The notes under the pieces were generated by a model. The model was not told where the DNA came from. It made no database searches and saw only the letters and a program-made list of their open reading frames with translations. From assembly GCA_950097015.1 (NCBI GenBank), contig CATNEN010000039.1:19344001-19408000 (forward strand): a stretch of 64,000 nt of DNA. Reading direction: 5' to 3'. Made by a program: the position numbers and the translations under genes. This DNA is from Macrostomum hystrix (lineage: Eukaryota; Animalia; Platyhelminthes). Shown piece by piece: positions 13,101 through 26,090 of this stretch; position 1 is the stretch's first letter, and every line of letters starts with the position of its first letter.

Positions 13101-16100
13101 GCGGCTTCAATTGCACCTGCTACGATGGCTTTTTTCTTTCGAATGGATCTTGTACTGTTATTGGACCAGCGAATAGCTGTACAGTCAACAACTGTAGCTA
13201 CACTAATATGTGTGCAAAAAATGGAACAGTTGATACTTGCTACTGCTTACCTGGCCAAACTCTGAATGGAATTAAAACGTGTACTCGTAAGTTATTTATT
13301 TATTGTTTTTTGCAGGAATATAGATCACAAGTAATCGACTTATATGTTATAGAATGTGTAGTACGAAGTGCCAGAAAGTATAGGTGCCAGGTGGTATGAG
13401 TGCTACTTGCAATTGGCGACAGGTGGGAGAAGTGTAAGATGGTTAAGTGCCCGACAAAGGAATGAACAAAAAATATTTGTCTGAACCTGAGGGCAGGCAT
13501 TGGAAAGCGCTAGACCGACGTCTGAGCAGTGTCGGAAACCATCAAAATCTTACATTACTTTGCAGCCACAAATCACTGCACAAATGGAACCTGTGGTACG
13601 GGCACTTGCAGCGAAATCGGATCACCGTCCACTGGCTACAGCTGCAAATGCAGCCCCGATGAAGAGACTAACGCTGTTGGTGCTTGCGTTAGTGAGTAAA
13701 CCCGAGCTGTACAGATTTTTTCTTCCTTAACTTGTTAATCTGGTAACGCTACCGTTCTTTCAAACTGCAGAGAAGCAGTACTGCACGAATCCCGTCAAAT
13801 ATCCGGGCGTCTGTCCCGTCGGCGGTAATTTCGTCTGCTCAGTCGATAGCATTACCAACGCTCCAAACTGTACATGTTCGCCTGGATACAGAGGCAACAC
13901 CACTTGTGTCGATATCAATGAGTGCAACGAGGCGAACCTCTGTAATCCCGCAACAACTGACTGTTTCAATACAATCGGCTCGTACCACTGCATCTGTCGG
14001 TTTGGCTACAGAAGACTAAATGCGACGCACTGTACACCATCGCAGCATGTCTACCTAGTCAACGGGACATTCACCGATCTCACTTTCTCAAATGGCATGA
14101 GCAATTATTTGAGTTTAGAATTTAATCAGACAAGTGATGTTTTGCAGAAACGAGTAAGTCTGGTGATTATATGCACATACTCAAATTATAGCTGGTTCCC
14201 GAATTCTAAATGTTCGGAATTATGAGTACGCATATCTGAGGAAAGAAGCTTTAACAGCAAAAAAAAAGAATTTTATCCGTGTATTTGTGATTCTGACCTA
14301 GAAATCAAAAAAACTTTAGAATGCAGGTATCGACAGCCAAGGTATTTCAGTTCCATTGCATTTCAGTTTGAAGCGTCGATTCCAGCTGACAGCGGCAGCG
14401 CGACCCTTCTTCCGACTATTCGCATCTACTCTCTTTCCAATGGTAGCGTGGTGGCAGCTACAGTCGTTAGTTATGGTTCGCCGACCACCTTGGCGGCCAT
14501 TCAAGCTACCGCTAGCTCCACTGGGGTGAAAGTTGCGGCCAGCAGTGTTGTGAACCAGTGCGCTAATTCAACACTGAATGACTGCAGCACTGAGCATAAT
14601 TGCGTTGAGAAGCTTACCGGTTACATGTGTCAGTGCAAGAGTGGTGAGTATTGAGAGGCGAAAGGAATGCGCAGGTGTTCTGAGCTCTGAATTTTCTGTT
14701 GATAGCGCAGTAGCACAAATGAGCGTAGTTAGCGCAAGCGGGAAAAATTGATTGGTTGAGACATGGCCTAGGTAACTAAAAGCCGGGTCTCGCTCAGGTG
14801 TGCGGTTTAACATGTTTCTGAGTACAAAACCGTTCTTCTCCAGGCTTCATTCAAACCGGGATTCGCGCTGGCTATCCACCAAACATAGAAATTGCCGACT
14901 GCGTCGACATTGACGAATGCCTTGTACAGTGTCTGGATGGCAACAAAACCTGCGTGAACACGCCCGGCAGCTTCAGCTGCAGCTGTGTGAATGGAACATA
15001 CAGTCCAGACCCGAAAACGACGAGATGCGACGATCCTTGCGTGGCTGGCCGATGCCAAAACGGCGGCGCCTGCCAGTATCAGAGATCTGTCCAGTTTCCT
15101 TTTAAGTGCATCTGCGTGGCTGGCTATGCAGGCTTTAACTGTGAACTTCCCGATGACAATTACATTAGTGAGGCGTTTCGGACTTTCTATCGTTACTTGT
15201 GACCTTTTAGTGAAATATGTCAGCATGATTTAGTCTAATATACTTAAATTTTCAGAAATGCAGCGGAATGCAGTGATAGTCGGCGTGGTTCTCGGCGTCC
15301 TGCTGCTCATTGCTCTGCTAATCGTCGTCTGTTGTATCATTCGCAAGTAAGTGCCCCTAGCTGAAATGTGAAATTTTGCGTTCCTTAATTTTGGTGTTGC
15401 CTTCTGCTCGGTATTAGGACGCTAGAAATGGGTACAGAGTCAGTCGATTGGTCAATCAGGTGAAATTTTTAGGTGTAACTAGTTCGCTTTTGCAAGTGCA
15501 AGAGTTCTATACAGGATTCGACGGGGAGTGAGGTGGCTGTTGGGCCGAGGAATCGAGAGTGGCTGTTCGTGAGTGAAGCGGCTGTTGGGCCGAGGAATCG
15601 AGATTGGCTGTTCGGGAGTGAGGTGGCTGTTGAGCCGAGGAATCGAGAGTGGCTGTTCGGGAGTGAGGTGGCTGTTGAGCCGAGGAATCGAGATTGGCTG
15701 TGCTCGGAGTGAGGTGGCTGTTCGGGAGTGAGGTGGCTGTTGGGCTGAGGATTCGAGATTCGCTGTTCGGGAGTGAGGTGGCTGTTGAGCAGAGGAATCG
15801 AGATTGGCTGTGCGGGGAGTGAGGTGGCTGTTCGGGAGTGAGGTGGCTGTTGGGCTGAGGAATCGAGAGTGGCTGTTCAGGAGTGAGGTGGCTATTGGGC
15901 CGAGGAATCGAGATTGACGGTTCGGGAGTGAGGCGGCTGTTAGGCCGAGGAATCGAGAGTGGCTGTACGGGAGTGAGGTGGCTGTTGGGCCGAGTGTTCG
16001 ACATTTTAGAAAAAGTTTCATTTTTTGGAGAAATATTTTTTTTCTTTTAACGCAAAATTATAAGTAAGATAAAAACAATTAAAGAACATGTGTGTTCAAC

Positions 16101-18254
16101 AGCAGAGATCAACTGACTAACAAAAAACCTAGTTGCCTAGGTGTTATAAGTCATTATTTATAAAATCAGCACCCAATCGGCATGCGCACCTCAATAATAA
16201 AAATAATAATAATATAAAGTTTTTCTACATTCCTCAGCTTACTGCTCTGAAACGATGATTTAATGAACATTTTTTTATCTACACCAGACGACAGCAGCCA
16301 AATAAGCAGACCGAGTCAAATTTAGCCATAAACCTGGAAACTCGAGAAATTTTACCTGTGCCAGCCCATGTGCCTGCTCAAGCACCTGTCGCAGCTGTGT
16401 AAGACGATAATACAATTCTCACTTCTCCCCAAACGGTGCTAGGCTTTGAAAAAAGTTTTTTCGTGTCTATAAATAACCCGTGTCTGCGCATTAAGCAATT
16501 TTTTGTTGTTTTATAAACCGGCTTACATTCTTAAATCCTCTGTACTCCATACACTGAGGTGTTAGTATTATTAGAAAATGCAAGCATAAAAAAGTTTTCA
16601 CTTCATCATGTAAATTAGGCCTAAATCTGGTGTTGGTATAATTTCAAACCAAACCGTCTCTTTCTGAAAACAAATGTGAGTGAATATTATAGTTTTCAGG
16701 CGTTATAACAAAGCAAATAACACGGAGTTGTTTGAGTCAACTATAAACAGTGTTGGGCACGTTACAGAAAATAGTAACCGTCGTTACTTTTAATCGTTAC
16801 TTTCAGTTTTTACACTATTACCATAAATATTTTTTACGTTAGCTTGCTATAAATACGTAAATATCTATAAAAATAGACAATTTAGAAAGTATTTTAACGC
16901 AGCAAAAAATAATTTACCGTGCTGTTAATTTCTTTTTATTTTTTTGGAAACTGGTACCAAAAACAGGTAACGGGGAAAGGCGCATTGTTGGTTATGACTC
17001 GTTACCATCATTTTCGTTACCAGCCCGTGGCAACGCAAAAAAGTAACGTTGCAAAAAAGTAACGATCGTTACCAAATTGGTAACAATTAACGAGTAACGC
17101 GCCCAACACTGAGCATAAAGTGAAGATTTTTAACGTTTTCGAAAGAGCAGGTTAACTGAAATCGGCTAGATCATACACAGTATCGAAAATATCTTTATAT
17201 TGAAGTGCTATTTCTTACTAAGAACTTACTTAATAGTAATTTCAGCAATATTGCTCAAAACCCGTTCTCACATTGTAAACAAAGCAGATGCGATTTCCAC
17301 CTATTTTTCACACTCTTCAACTCTTTCCAATGTATTTGTGGTGTGCGTCAGTTTATTGCACTATAGGGACAAGAAACCAGACTATTATTTTACTAAATAT
17401 TCATATACTTCGTATTTTAAATAATATTAAAGCTATATATAACGTTGAGGCTAAACTCACCGTTCAGGCCTCTAGCAAGCAATGACACAGCGTAAGTACT
17501 AAAATTTGATTTAGTTTTTTATTTTTACCCTCCATTCTAGCCGAAACAGCGAGGGTAGTTACAAAGGCGTCCAGACTGTGCCCATGGCCGAGACCTCCAT
17601 ACCGAGGGCCCATGAGTCAGCCAGACATCCTGTAAGTTGCATTAGTTAGTAGTGGTTGATGTTCTGTAATGCATTTTGCGAGCAAGCAATTTAATCCAAG
17701 ATAGCGAAAGCACATGCATTTTGAGCCTCGCTGCTAGTTGTCTATGGTAAAAAGTGTCATTCCGGCAGGCATTATAATCATTTAAGCATTATCTTTCTCG
17801 GCAATTTTACTTATTTGATGCAAGCCTCTTAAAAATCAACGTAGAACAAGATTCAGCAGAAGTTAACAAATTCACCAGACAAAACATGCATAGAAAGTCA
17901 ATAGTGGATTTTGGTCCAGTGCTATCAGCAGAGCCTATTCGTCTATGGCCGCTTTCTATAGCTCCTATAGAAAGCTATACAACACGCCAATAGGGGGCTG
18001 TTTGCCGGCAGCGACGCGCGGCTTACGCCGTTGCTACCGGCATACAGCCGCCAACATGCATACTATCTGGAATTAAATTGCTTACTCTCTACATGCTTGC
18101 AAAATGCTACCACTATAAGTGATTATCTTAGTTTGTCATTAGCCATTCTTAGTTCACACTAGCCAACTGCAGCAATCCGCCCGGATTTCAGAGCACCTAT
18201 CAGAACCAGGCGTTCGAGAGAGAAAACACCAGACAGCGGAACGATTACTTCTAA
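7194..18254 (+). CDS. Large multi-exon type I membrane mucin-like protein (signal peptide, EGF, NIDO, AMOP, vWD, cadherin/Ig-like, many cbEGF, SEA-like, EGF, TM, cytoplasmic tail); MUC4/Mesh/SUSD2-type architecture
   Basis: Signal peptide + EGF 7194-7387. NIDO-like FIAPFA...IVITW. AMOP-like CPQT...YDYCC...CNLYY...YRPP. vWD FKTFDNFIFKFMGIGDY and GLLGN. DINEC/DIDEC cbEGF repeats 12786-15167. TM exon 15256-15346. Tail exons 15418-15459, 16288-16397, 17468-17491, 17541-17631 and 18192-18254 are phase-compatible and end ...YQNQAF...NDYF*. Confidence 0.85.
10545..10810 (+). mobile_element. SINE family B (tRNA head + CORE-like domain), intronic
   Basis: B-box GGTTCGATTCCC followed by GTGTCCTTTAGCAAGAAACTTAAC; matches 56535-56812. 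Confidence 0.85.
15520..15995. repeat. About 45-bp composite minisatellite (GGGAGTGAGGTGGCTGTTGGGCCGAGGAATCGAGATTGGCTGTTC)n, intronic
   Basis: Direct tandem repeat with subunit deletions. Confidence 0.9.
16748..17111. mobile_element. Non-autonomous hAT-like MITE
   Basis: 18-bp TIR CAGTGTTGGGC(A/G)CGTTAC with 1 mismatch; internal GTAACG/CGTTAC subterminal repeats; degenerate 8-bp TSD ACTATAAA/AGCATAAA. Confidence 0.75.
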
Positions 18255-19673
18255 CCTAGCTACTAATAAATTAATGTGTCTGGAATGGCTGGTATGTTTT
18301 AACTCGAAATGATAAAAAAATTCTGAGATAAATTCAAGATAAGTTCAAGATCTGCTTTTGAAAAGCGTACTTAAGAGTTTAAATTGGCTTACGAACTTAT
18401 TACAAAGTTGCAACTACAAGAGCATGGTACAAAATTAGCTGAATTTTAGTTTGGAAGCTACACTTTAGATGTTTTAATAATTTTTTCAATGCACTTGTTA
18501 AACTTGTTAAACGGTCAAACGGTAAAACGCTGTCAAAATGGTGTTTCATCGAAATTAGTTTTAGTCTTTTGTGTGCCTTCAACAACATGCATGTGACGTA
18601 CGAGCTACGTAGATAATACTTTAATATCGTGATTAATTATGGGCGATGATTGATGATTCCTAGAAATACGAAGCGTACGCACGCTCGAACAGTGGAATCA
18701 TAAAAGTACAAAGACTTTTGAATGATCTGTACCGTTCTTAATTTGTGTTTTTGTTAGTTCACGTGTCGGCGAATTTGGTCAAGCAAAAACCAAGTCAAGC
18801 ATATTACTCTGTATTGTGTACAAAAGTTTACTCTTTTGTATCTTCCAAAAGCTAAATAAATGCGGCAGAAAATCAAGAAGTGCGTTTGCCTGGAAACTGT
18901 CAAAACGCAAAATCGTCACTTCTGAAATAAAGATTATCGTCTTTTTTGTCGCTAATGTACAATTGCGACATGTTTATACATGTATACATTTTTATAATGC
19001 AAACGGTGATTGGAACCAATGCTTAATTTATTTCCGAAATAAAAAGAAACACATGCGAAGAGTATTTTACCATAAAAAGTGGAACAACTCAACAATTACA
19101 ATTCTTGTTTCTGTTTATTTGATGACTCATACAATTTCATGGTATGCCTTACTACAAATTGCTACAAATTCCAGGGCCATTTTGAATATTGCTGTTTCAT
19201 TTAAAGAAAGAACACTTAAAATTTTCCTAAGTAAAAGTTCTGTGACTTATACGTAGTACTTGTATTTGGATTTTCAAGGAAATATTTATGCTCGTTACGA
19301 AAATTCGTTCCAATTTGTCTGGGGTTGCAACTATGCGATGGGCGATTGCATAATGGATGAAAAAACTGTATGGATTGCTAATCTGGCTCAGTAATTTTTT
19401 TGCTCGGTTTTGCAATTTAGTATTCGGTTCCTGGGGGGTAATGAATTTTTGTCTGTGGCATTCTACAGCCAATAGAATGGAACGGGGGGAACCGGATGCT
19501 AAAAGCGAAAGCGAGCGAAATGCAAATAACTGAGCCAGACCTGCACTCCATTCTTTTCTTTTCTCCGTGGATTGCATTCGTTGTGACAGCAGGTAACTTA
19601 ATGAGTAGTTTTGTATCGCAAATCAATAGCAGAATGAGTAGCTGACAGTTGCCGGTCGTTGACTCCTCACAGC

Positions 19674-22600
19674 TCACAGCATGCTGACAAGGGTTCGAGT
19701 CTTCCGAGCAGTAACGACAGAAATCGAGGACGTCTCACGAGAGTCCACGACCTGCTGCCTGGCCCGAAATACATAATCAGAGTCAATCTGACAGATCGGC
19801 GGCTCCTCTAATTCAAGCCGCGCGGTGCCAACGACTGGAGGCAGCGGGCCGTTGCCCCTGGCATGGTTTAGCCAGAACTCGATCAACGCAGTCAGCATCG
19901 CCAGCGCCAGACCAACTAGCAGAATGCAGAACACGCCGAGAATGTTGCCAAGGGCCAGAGGCTGCAGCTTCGTGCTGGTGTCCTCCGGGCATTCGCCCTT
20001 CTCGATCCACCACTCCTTGTACTTGCGATCTAGATCCTGGCTCTCTCTCAGCTGGAGTACGGCTTCGTTGATGCGCTCGCGCAAGTGCGGGCGCTCCGGG
20101 CTGATGGCAATGCCGTAGCTCTTCAGACTAAACTCTTGGCCGACCATCATTGTGATGCAGGGCTTGCGGTTGTTCTTGTAGATGTTTACCTTTGACTCCA
20201 GGATGAATGCGTAGCTGCCGTCTGATTTCATCACGCGATCTACACCCTCCTCGATAGTGTCGGCGTACACAGACTTGTCCTTCTCCATGATTCGGTACAT
20301 CTTTTTAAATGTTGCCTCGTCTGATTGCCTGAAGAATTCTTTAGTTGATCCTGTAGAGATTACAGAGGTATATAAACTTAGACATAAGTTTCAGCCTTAT
20401 CTAAGTATTAAGCATCTAGCTACATGTAGTTGGTATTTAGGTTACTTAAGTCTCCTCACCTGAGTTTAGCGTTCCAAATTTGACTTTATTGTCGTCAGCT
20501 GCCAGATCCTTGACGTCGTCTATGGGCGCAATCAGGCGCTCGATGGTCAGACACGCGGTGAGGTTAGCAGTGTAATACGCCATTATGATGAGTGAGAAGG
20601 CCCACCAGAATGATCCCATCATGCGCGTGGAAGCCGACCTCGGCGAAATATCCACGCCCTGGCGAACAAACGCGGCGAAGCTGAACCACATGCTGTTCAT
20701 CAGGCTGAAGTTGCGCCGCACCCGACGAATTTTAGCCTCCCCGTCGCCGCTGATCGGAGTTTCGTCGTAGCGCCACTCCAGAGGGCTCATCCGGGCCAGG
20801 CAGGTCATGACGGCTGCGAGCAAAATGGTGGCAGCTAGGATGGCCATCCACAGGTTGTCCTCGAGCGGCTGGGTAAAGCTGAACATGCCTGGCTTGGTCT
20901 TCTGCGGCTTCTTAACAATCACCGACAGGCCGAAGTTCATGAATGGTTCAGAGAAGAGTACGAACTCACTGCGATCTGATGTTATTGTTAGCGATGCTAT
21001 GGCAACATCGGCTTCACCGTGGACGACCTCACCTGGTTTTTGTGTTAAAAAGTAAAAGGGATGGGATGTATTCTTTAGACGCTGATAATACTCATGACTC
21101 AAATTATACGAGCGTATATTCATAAGAAATGAAAATAAATAAAATGTTTCAATCAGTTTAGAAAGTCTCACCCATCATCCCATTCCATTCTGACTGTTGC
21201 GTTTGATTGTCAACAATAACCTTAGCGCCAAACATCTTGTCCTTAACCAGATGCAGCTCCCATTCCACGCCAAGCTTCTCGAACACCATGTGCGCCAGAT
21301 CGATGCAGAAGCCTTGAAAGTTAGCCTTGCCGCTAGTTGCATTGCTGCCCGGGATTTTGTGCATGACGAACGGCTCGCCTAATATAGTCACGACCTTCAC
21401 GATTGTACCATTGGTAAATTTGCCGCTGCTGTGCTGGCCAAAGCGTCCAGCATACTTGCTAGCCGTGATGTTGAACCTGCCCCTGTACCAGTAGCCGATG
21501 GGCTGCGAACCTACAGGCCCCATGAGGTCCATGATTCGAATGCTAGTATTGGCCCGCATGCCTGTCTTATCGAAAGAGACGTGGCCGTATTCTACATTGT
21601 GCGGCCCTCGGTTACTGACAAAGCTTTGCAGCCGCTGGCCAGACATGAAGGTGCCCAGAGGTAGCACGTGGGGGCTGTTGCTCTGACCGGCTTCAAAAAA
21701 GCAGGGCACACGCAGCGATTCCGGGGAAATTAAATAGCGCAGGTTATCTAGCGCACTGGCTATTAGCTTCAGTGCATTGTGCATGGCAAAGATCTCATAG
21801 ATTGGCGGGTTCTTCTCTGGTGCACCCTGGTCTATTGTGAACATGTGCTTCGTCGTAAAAGAGTTCGCCTCGTACGATCCATAATGGAGAAACTCAAAGC
21901 CAGTGATATTACTGCCACTATGTATAAATCTAGACAGTGTCATCTCTCTCATGCCAAATGAGTACAGAATATAGTGATACTCTGCTCTATTCATACCAAA
22001 CTCCAGCAGGTCCTCTAGAATGAGCTTAGCGCTAGCAGCACTGCCAACGTCAATAACAATGTGACGCCTTGAAAACTGTACCAGCTGCTGGTCCAGGAAG
22101 CGCAGGGTATTATGGTTGGACGGTTCAGTAGAGGGCGAGACGTGTCGCAGGTCCACTTGCACATCGGCGATGCCAAGTACCCGATGAAGCTCGCTCGCCA
22201 GTCTAATGCCGCGCAAAAACCCTTCGTGAGTAGCGTACAAATATGAGAACCTTGTCCAGTTAAGAAATGCGACGGTGCGCAAGAAGGCTGGAAACAAGTC
22301 TGGAAGTAAGTTGAAGTGAAACCCAACACCACCATCAGTTGGTGCCGGCCTCTCATAGTTCCAAGTGAAGTAGAGCATTCGATGCCTGCGGGCAAAGTTA
22401 TCAATGACCAGGTCGTATTCGGGCATCACATTTGACATCAGAGCAACAGTACCGCCTTCCGTTGAGGCGTTGCAAAGCAGGGATTTCAAATGCTGGCTGG
22501 AGCCAGCCGACAGATAGTGTGAGGTCAGCGCCAGCTTCCAGTTACGATGCGAACTTGCAAAGATGCTGACCAGACGCTCCAGTACCAGCTCGGTTCCACG

Positions 22601-22720
22601 CGGACTGGAGCTGTCATAGAACAGGTGCAGCTGGTAAACGGACCTTTCACAAAGCAAAGGAGCCGCAATGGATAATAGAGTCACTGAGAGCGCCAGCGTC
22701 TTGAAAGACCCGATGCTCAT
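19674..22720 (-). CDS. Ionotropic glutamate receptor subunit (AMPA/kainate-like); exons 22720-21172, 21032-20460, 20350-19674
   Basis: Signal peptide and ATD; S1 GFCIDL...WNGMMGE...LTITSDR; pore loop WFSFAAFVRQG; M3 YTANL; S2 SGSTKEFF and FILES; KEWW...C; M4. Both introns are GT-AG, phase 1. Confidence 0.95.
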
Positions 22721-23526
22721 GATTTACAGCTTTGCGTAGAAATATCAGTTTTTTGTTGAAAAGTCTTAGGTCGAGAGTTTGTATCCTTTATTTCACTATT
22801 TTAGTCAATGAAATGGGATGTGTAGATCTGGGATTATACCGCATTAACACTGGCCAGCAAGAGCCATCAGATATGCCGCGACCAATATTCCCTGACCCAA
22901 TGAGATTCCCTGCAATACTTTGGGCACACATGCTTCAAACACAAAGACACGCTCGTATTATAATCTCCAGGGAGACAGCATCAGCACATTAGACACGAGC
23001 GTAGTCTGGGTGTATGCATCTTCCTCGCGTGAGCCCCTTGTGAATATCGTTCTATGGACCATTGCAGTTTCTAAGAGACTCAGTGCTTTTAGCATTTCCA
23101 GTTCTCAAGGAAAACAGGCTTTTAATAAATAATATCCCACCCGATCTCGATCACTTCTGCGGCATACAGTGAGAGGCATTTCTGCAAATCATTCTATCCT
23201 TCCTATCATCAAATTGCGACCACTTCGTTTTCATGATCTGTCGAGTTAGACTAAATTCGCTTGCAAAAAAGTGACTTTAGATCTAAGAGTGATATTGCAA
23301 CGCTCGCATAATTAATTAGACTTGATAATTCAATTTAGCGCCGGTAAATTTAACAGATGATGCTATGAGCTGCAGTTTCTAAATTATATTTTCGCTCGCG
23401 ATGCATTTCCAGCAACAACAACCAAGAACAATTTTAACGTATTGTTGACTTCCCTCGCCAGTGTAATCAGGATTCAGGATCTTCCAGGACCTCCAGGATC
23501 TTCCAAGACCTCCAGTATCTTCCAGG

Positions 23527-24784
23527 GGTGTCTATGGTAATTTCTTTCGAGAAAGTGACTTCGAATTCGTCAAAGTAAGTGAAATTCGTCAGTGCAAAAG
23601 CAGCCTGATCAGAAAGTGTCTTCGCTTCGTCTATGGCAAGAAAGCAAAGTGCCCAGTGTAAATTTAAGCGAGAAAGTGAGTGAAATTCGTCAATGTAAAA
23701 TAAGTCAGCAATCTTTCATTACTCAGCAAAGCTTGTGGCAGACTTTCCTGCTGCTCCTGTCGTGACAACGCAGGCAATTAGTCGTCGGCTTGACGGGACT
23801 TTGTGCATTACATTGAAAGATGTACGGCGGGTTCACGGAGATTGGAATAGTGACGTGACAAAAGAAGCTAGATTCCTACACATGACCTGGATGCTAGAAA
23901 CTGGACTGTTTGCGAGGAATTTAATCTACGTAGATGAGTGTGGGTGCAACCTATGGACGGCACGAACTAAAGGATGGGCGGATTTTGGCAATCGCGCAGT
24001 AATGATTGCGAATTCGCAGCGTGGGCAAAATCTGACGGTAGCACTTGCTGTTAGCCCACAGTTGGGCCTGGTCCACCACCGCATCTTTGTTGGTGGCTTT
24101 ACAGCAGAGAGGTTTCGTGAGTTTATGATTGAAGTCGGGACCCTTGTTGATGACGAGTTCACGGTACTTGCTGACAACGCCAGGGCACATGGAGTCGTGA
24201 ATTTTGGGCGTCCTGACCAAAGGCTTCAGTTTCTTCCACCTTACTCGCCTTTCTTGAACGCCACTGAAATGGCAATTTCTTGCATGAAGGCGGCCCTGAA
24301 ACGGCGCATGACCGACCCTGAAGTTGTCTTTGAAGTGCATGATCGTCAGGCGGCTGTAGCAGCAGGTGAGACACTTCAGAACCGGCGTCTTCGCATTTTG
24401 AGTCGAGAAGTGGAAGCTGCGATGGTTGTGATCACGCAGGAGAAATGCCGACAATGGCACGAATTCACACTTCGGTACGGACCGCGGTGTCTGGCACACG
24501 GAGACATTTTGGACTGACTACAGCGTGTTAACCTGTTCAAGCGACTTTAAAGCGTGATTTTATGCGTCTGTTTTCCTGTTTTGTTTGTTTAGTTGCTGTT
24601 TTACTTCACGATTGACAATATATACTGGTTGCACTGACGAATTTCACTTACTTTGACGAATTCGAAGTCACTTTCTCGAAAGAAATTACCATAGACACCC
24701 TTCTCATTCCCTTGAGCGCTCTATAGTTTTATATTGGCTGACGAATTCGAAGTCACTTTTGACGAATCCGAAGTTGAAAAGGTA
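23527..24784 (+). mobile_element. IS630-Tc1-mariner element, 5'-truncated or internally deleted; transposase fragment 23735-24517 (DD30E)
   Basis: YVDECG / LADNARAH / LPPYSPFLNATE motifs. About 70-bp inverted repeat at 23527-23597 and 24629-24700. Right end ...AAAAGGTA|TA. Confidence 0.9.
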
Positions 24785-24786
24785 TA

Positions 24787-25410
24787 TTATTTTCACTTTG
24801 CATCGATGCAAATAAATTAACTATAACACGGAACTATAACACAACCATAGACAAACAGAATTAAACGAGCGAACGAATCAATAATCAATAAATTTTCTGA
24901 CCTCGTCCGTTTGCCCGTTTCAAGTTAGGGATACATATCATATTCCCCACTCATTTAGTTGTCTAGGGCCAAAAGCACTCGGTATCTCACTCATTGAACT
25001 CGGCTTCGCCTCGGTCAATAAACGAGACACCTTTTGCTTTTGCCCGCTAGACAACAAAATAAGTATATAATCTCTCCCGTTTATTCATTTATCTGTGGCC
25101 GTCAGAACGACTGAGAACTTGTTTCTCGGCCGAGGCGCAGCCGAGGCCAGAGAAACGAGTTTGAAGTCGTTCTGGCCATAGACAAATGAATAAACGGGGG
25201 AGATAGTACTTCTTCCCCAACTTGGCTCGGTCTTGTGGAAAAAAAGAACTATAGCTCAACAGTCTATGGTTCTGATCGAAACGGTTCCAAATAAATCGTT
25301 TCCTCGTCCGGGACGAATAAATATTTCTTCGTCCCGGACAAATAAATGCTTCAACACTAGACCATAGACTTATTTGACCGGGACAAGTGGGGGATAAATG
25401 GGGAATATTA
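24787..25410. mobile_element. Non-autonomous repeats with a CCGAGGCG(A/C)AGCCGAG core (Crypton-like)
   Basis: 24787-25000 matches 46750-46928 + 48406-48440 inverted. 25187-25290 matches 31850-31975 inverted, upstream of the recombinase remnant. The family assignment is inferred. Confidence 0.55.
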
Positions 25411-26090
25411 TACATGTATTGCAAATCGATTCAGCAACCGATACAATAAATAAAGTCAAAATGTGTCACTGCTAACAACGAGTTGCAGCTCTATCTAATT
25501 TAGTAAAATTTGTTATAATTAATTAAGCTACTAAATTTATGGCTTTTGTCACACCTCTAACAGGAAACGAATCCAACTGGCTTACCAGTTTAAGATAAAA
25601 CCAACTATAAGCGGCTTTTGTAAAACCAAGTTAATCGGATGTTTTTATGTGATTTGCTACACACAAGGATGCGAATTGTCACGTCTCTCATAGAATCGTC
25701 TGCATATTGTTTTTGTAACAGAAATAACAACAGCTCCGGTGCATCGGTAGAAGTGTTTCGGCTCAGCCAGGTTGACTCGCTGGAATTCAACAGAAGAATT
25801 ATTTTGCTAAGGAAATATCCCACATTGCGTTTCTCGCATCATCTCATTCTATATTATTTTTGTGTTTCAGTTCCAATGCCCATTGTTGAATTCCCATTGT
25901 TTCTCCTACTGCTGCCATCAGCAATTCAGTCCCTCTTTCCCAATTCATCCCTCTTCTCACTGGTTGCCATGAAAACCCTATCAATTCGCGCTAGTGGCGT
26001 GAAGGCAGCGAGTGGCTTTATCGACTGGTATAAGCAGGAACTCCGGGTGAAAATTTCTGGAGCTAAACAGTGAAAATCTGAGAGCTGGCC

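Noticed and set aside
17876-18070. Possible small TIR element (CCAGA...ATGCAT / ATGCAT...TCTGG)
   Set aside because: The inverted match is short and imperfect, with no clear TSD.
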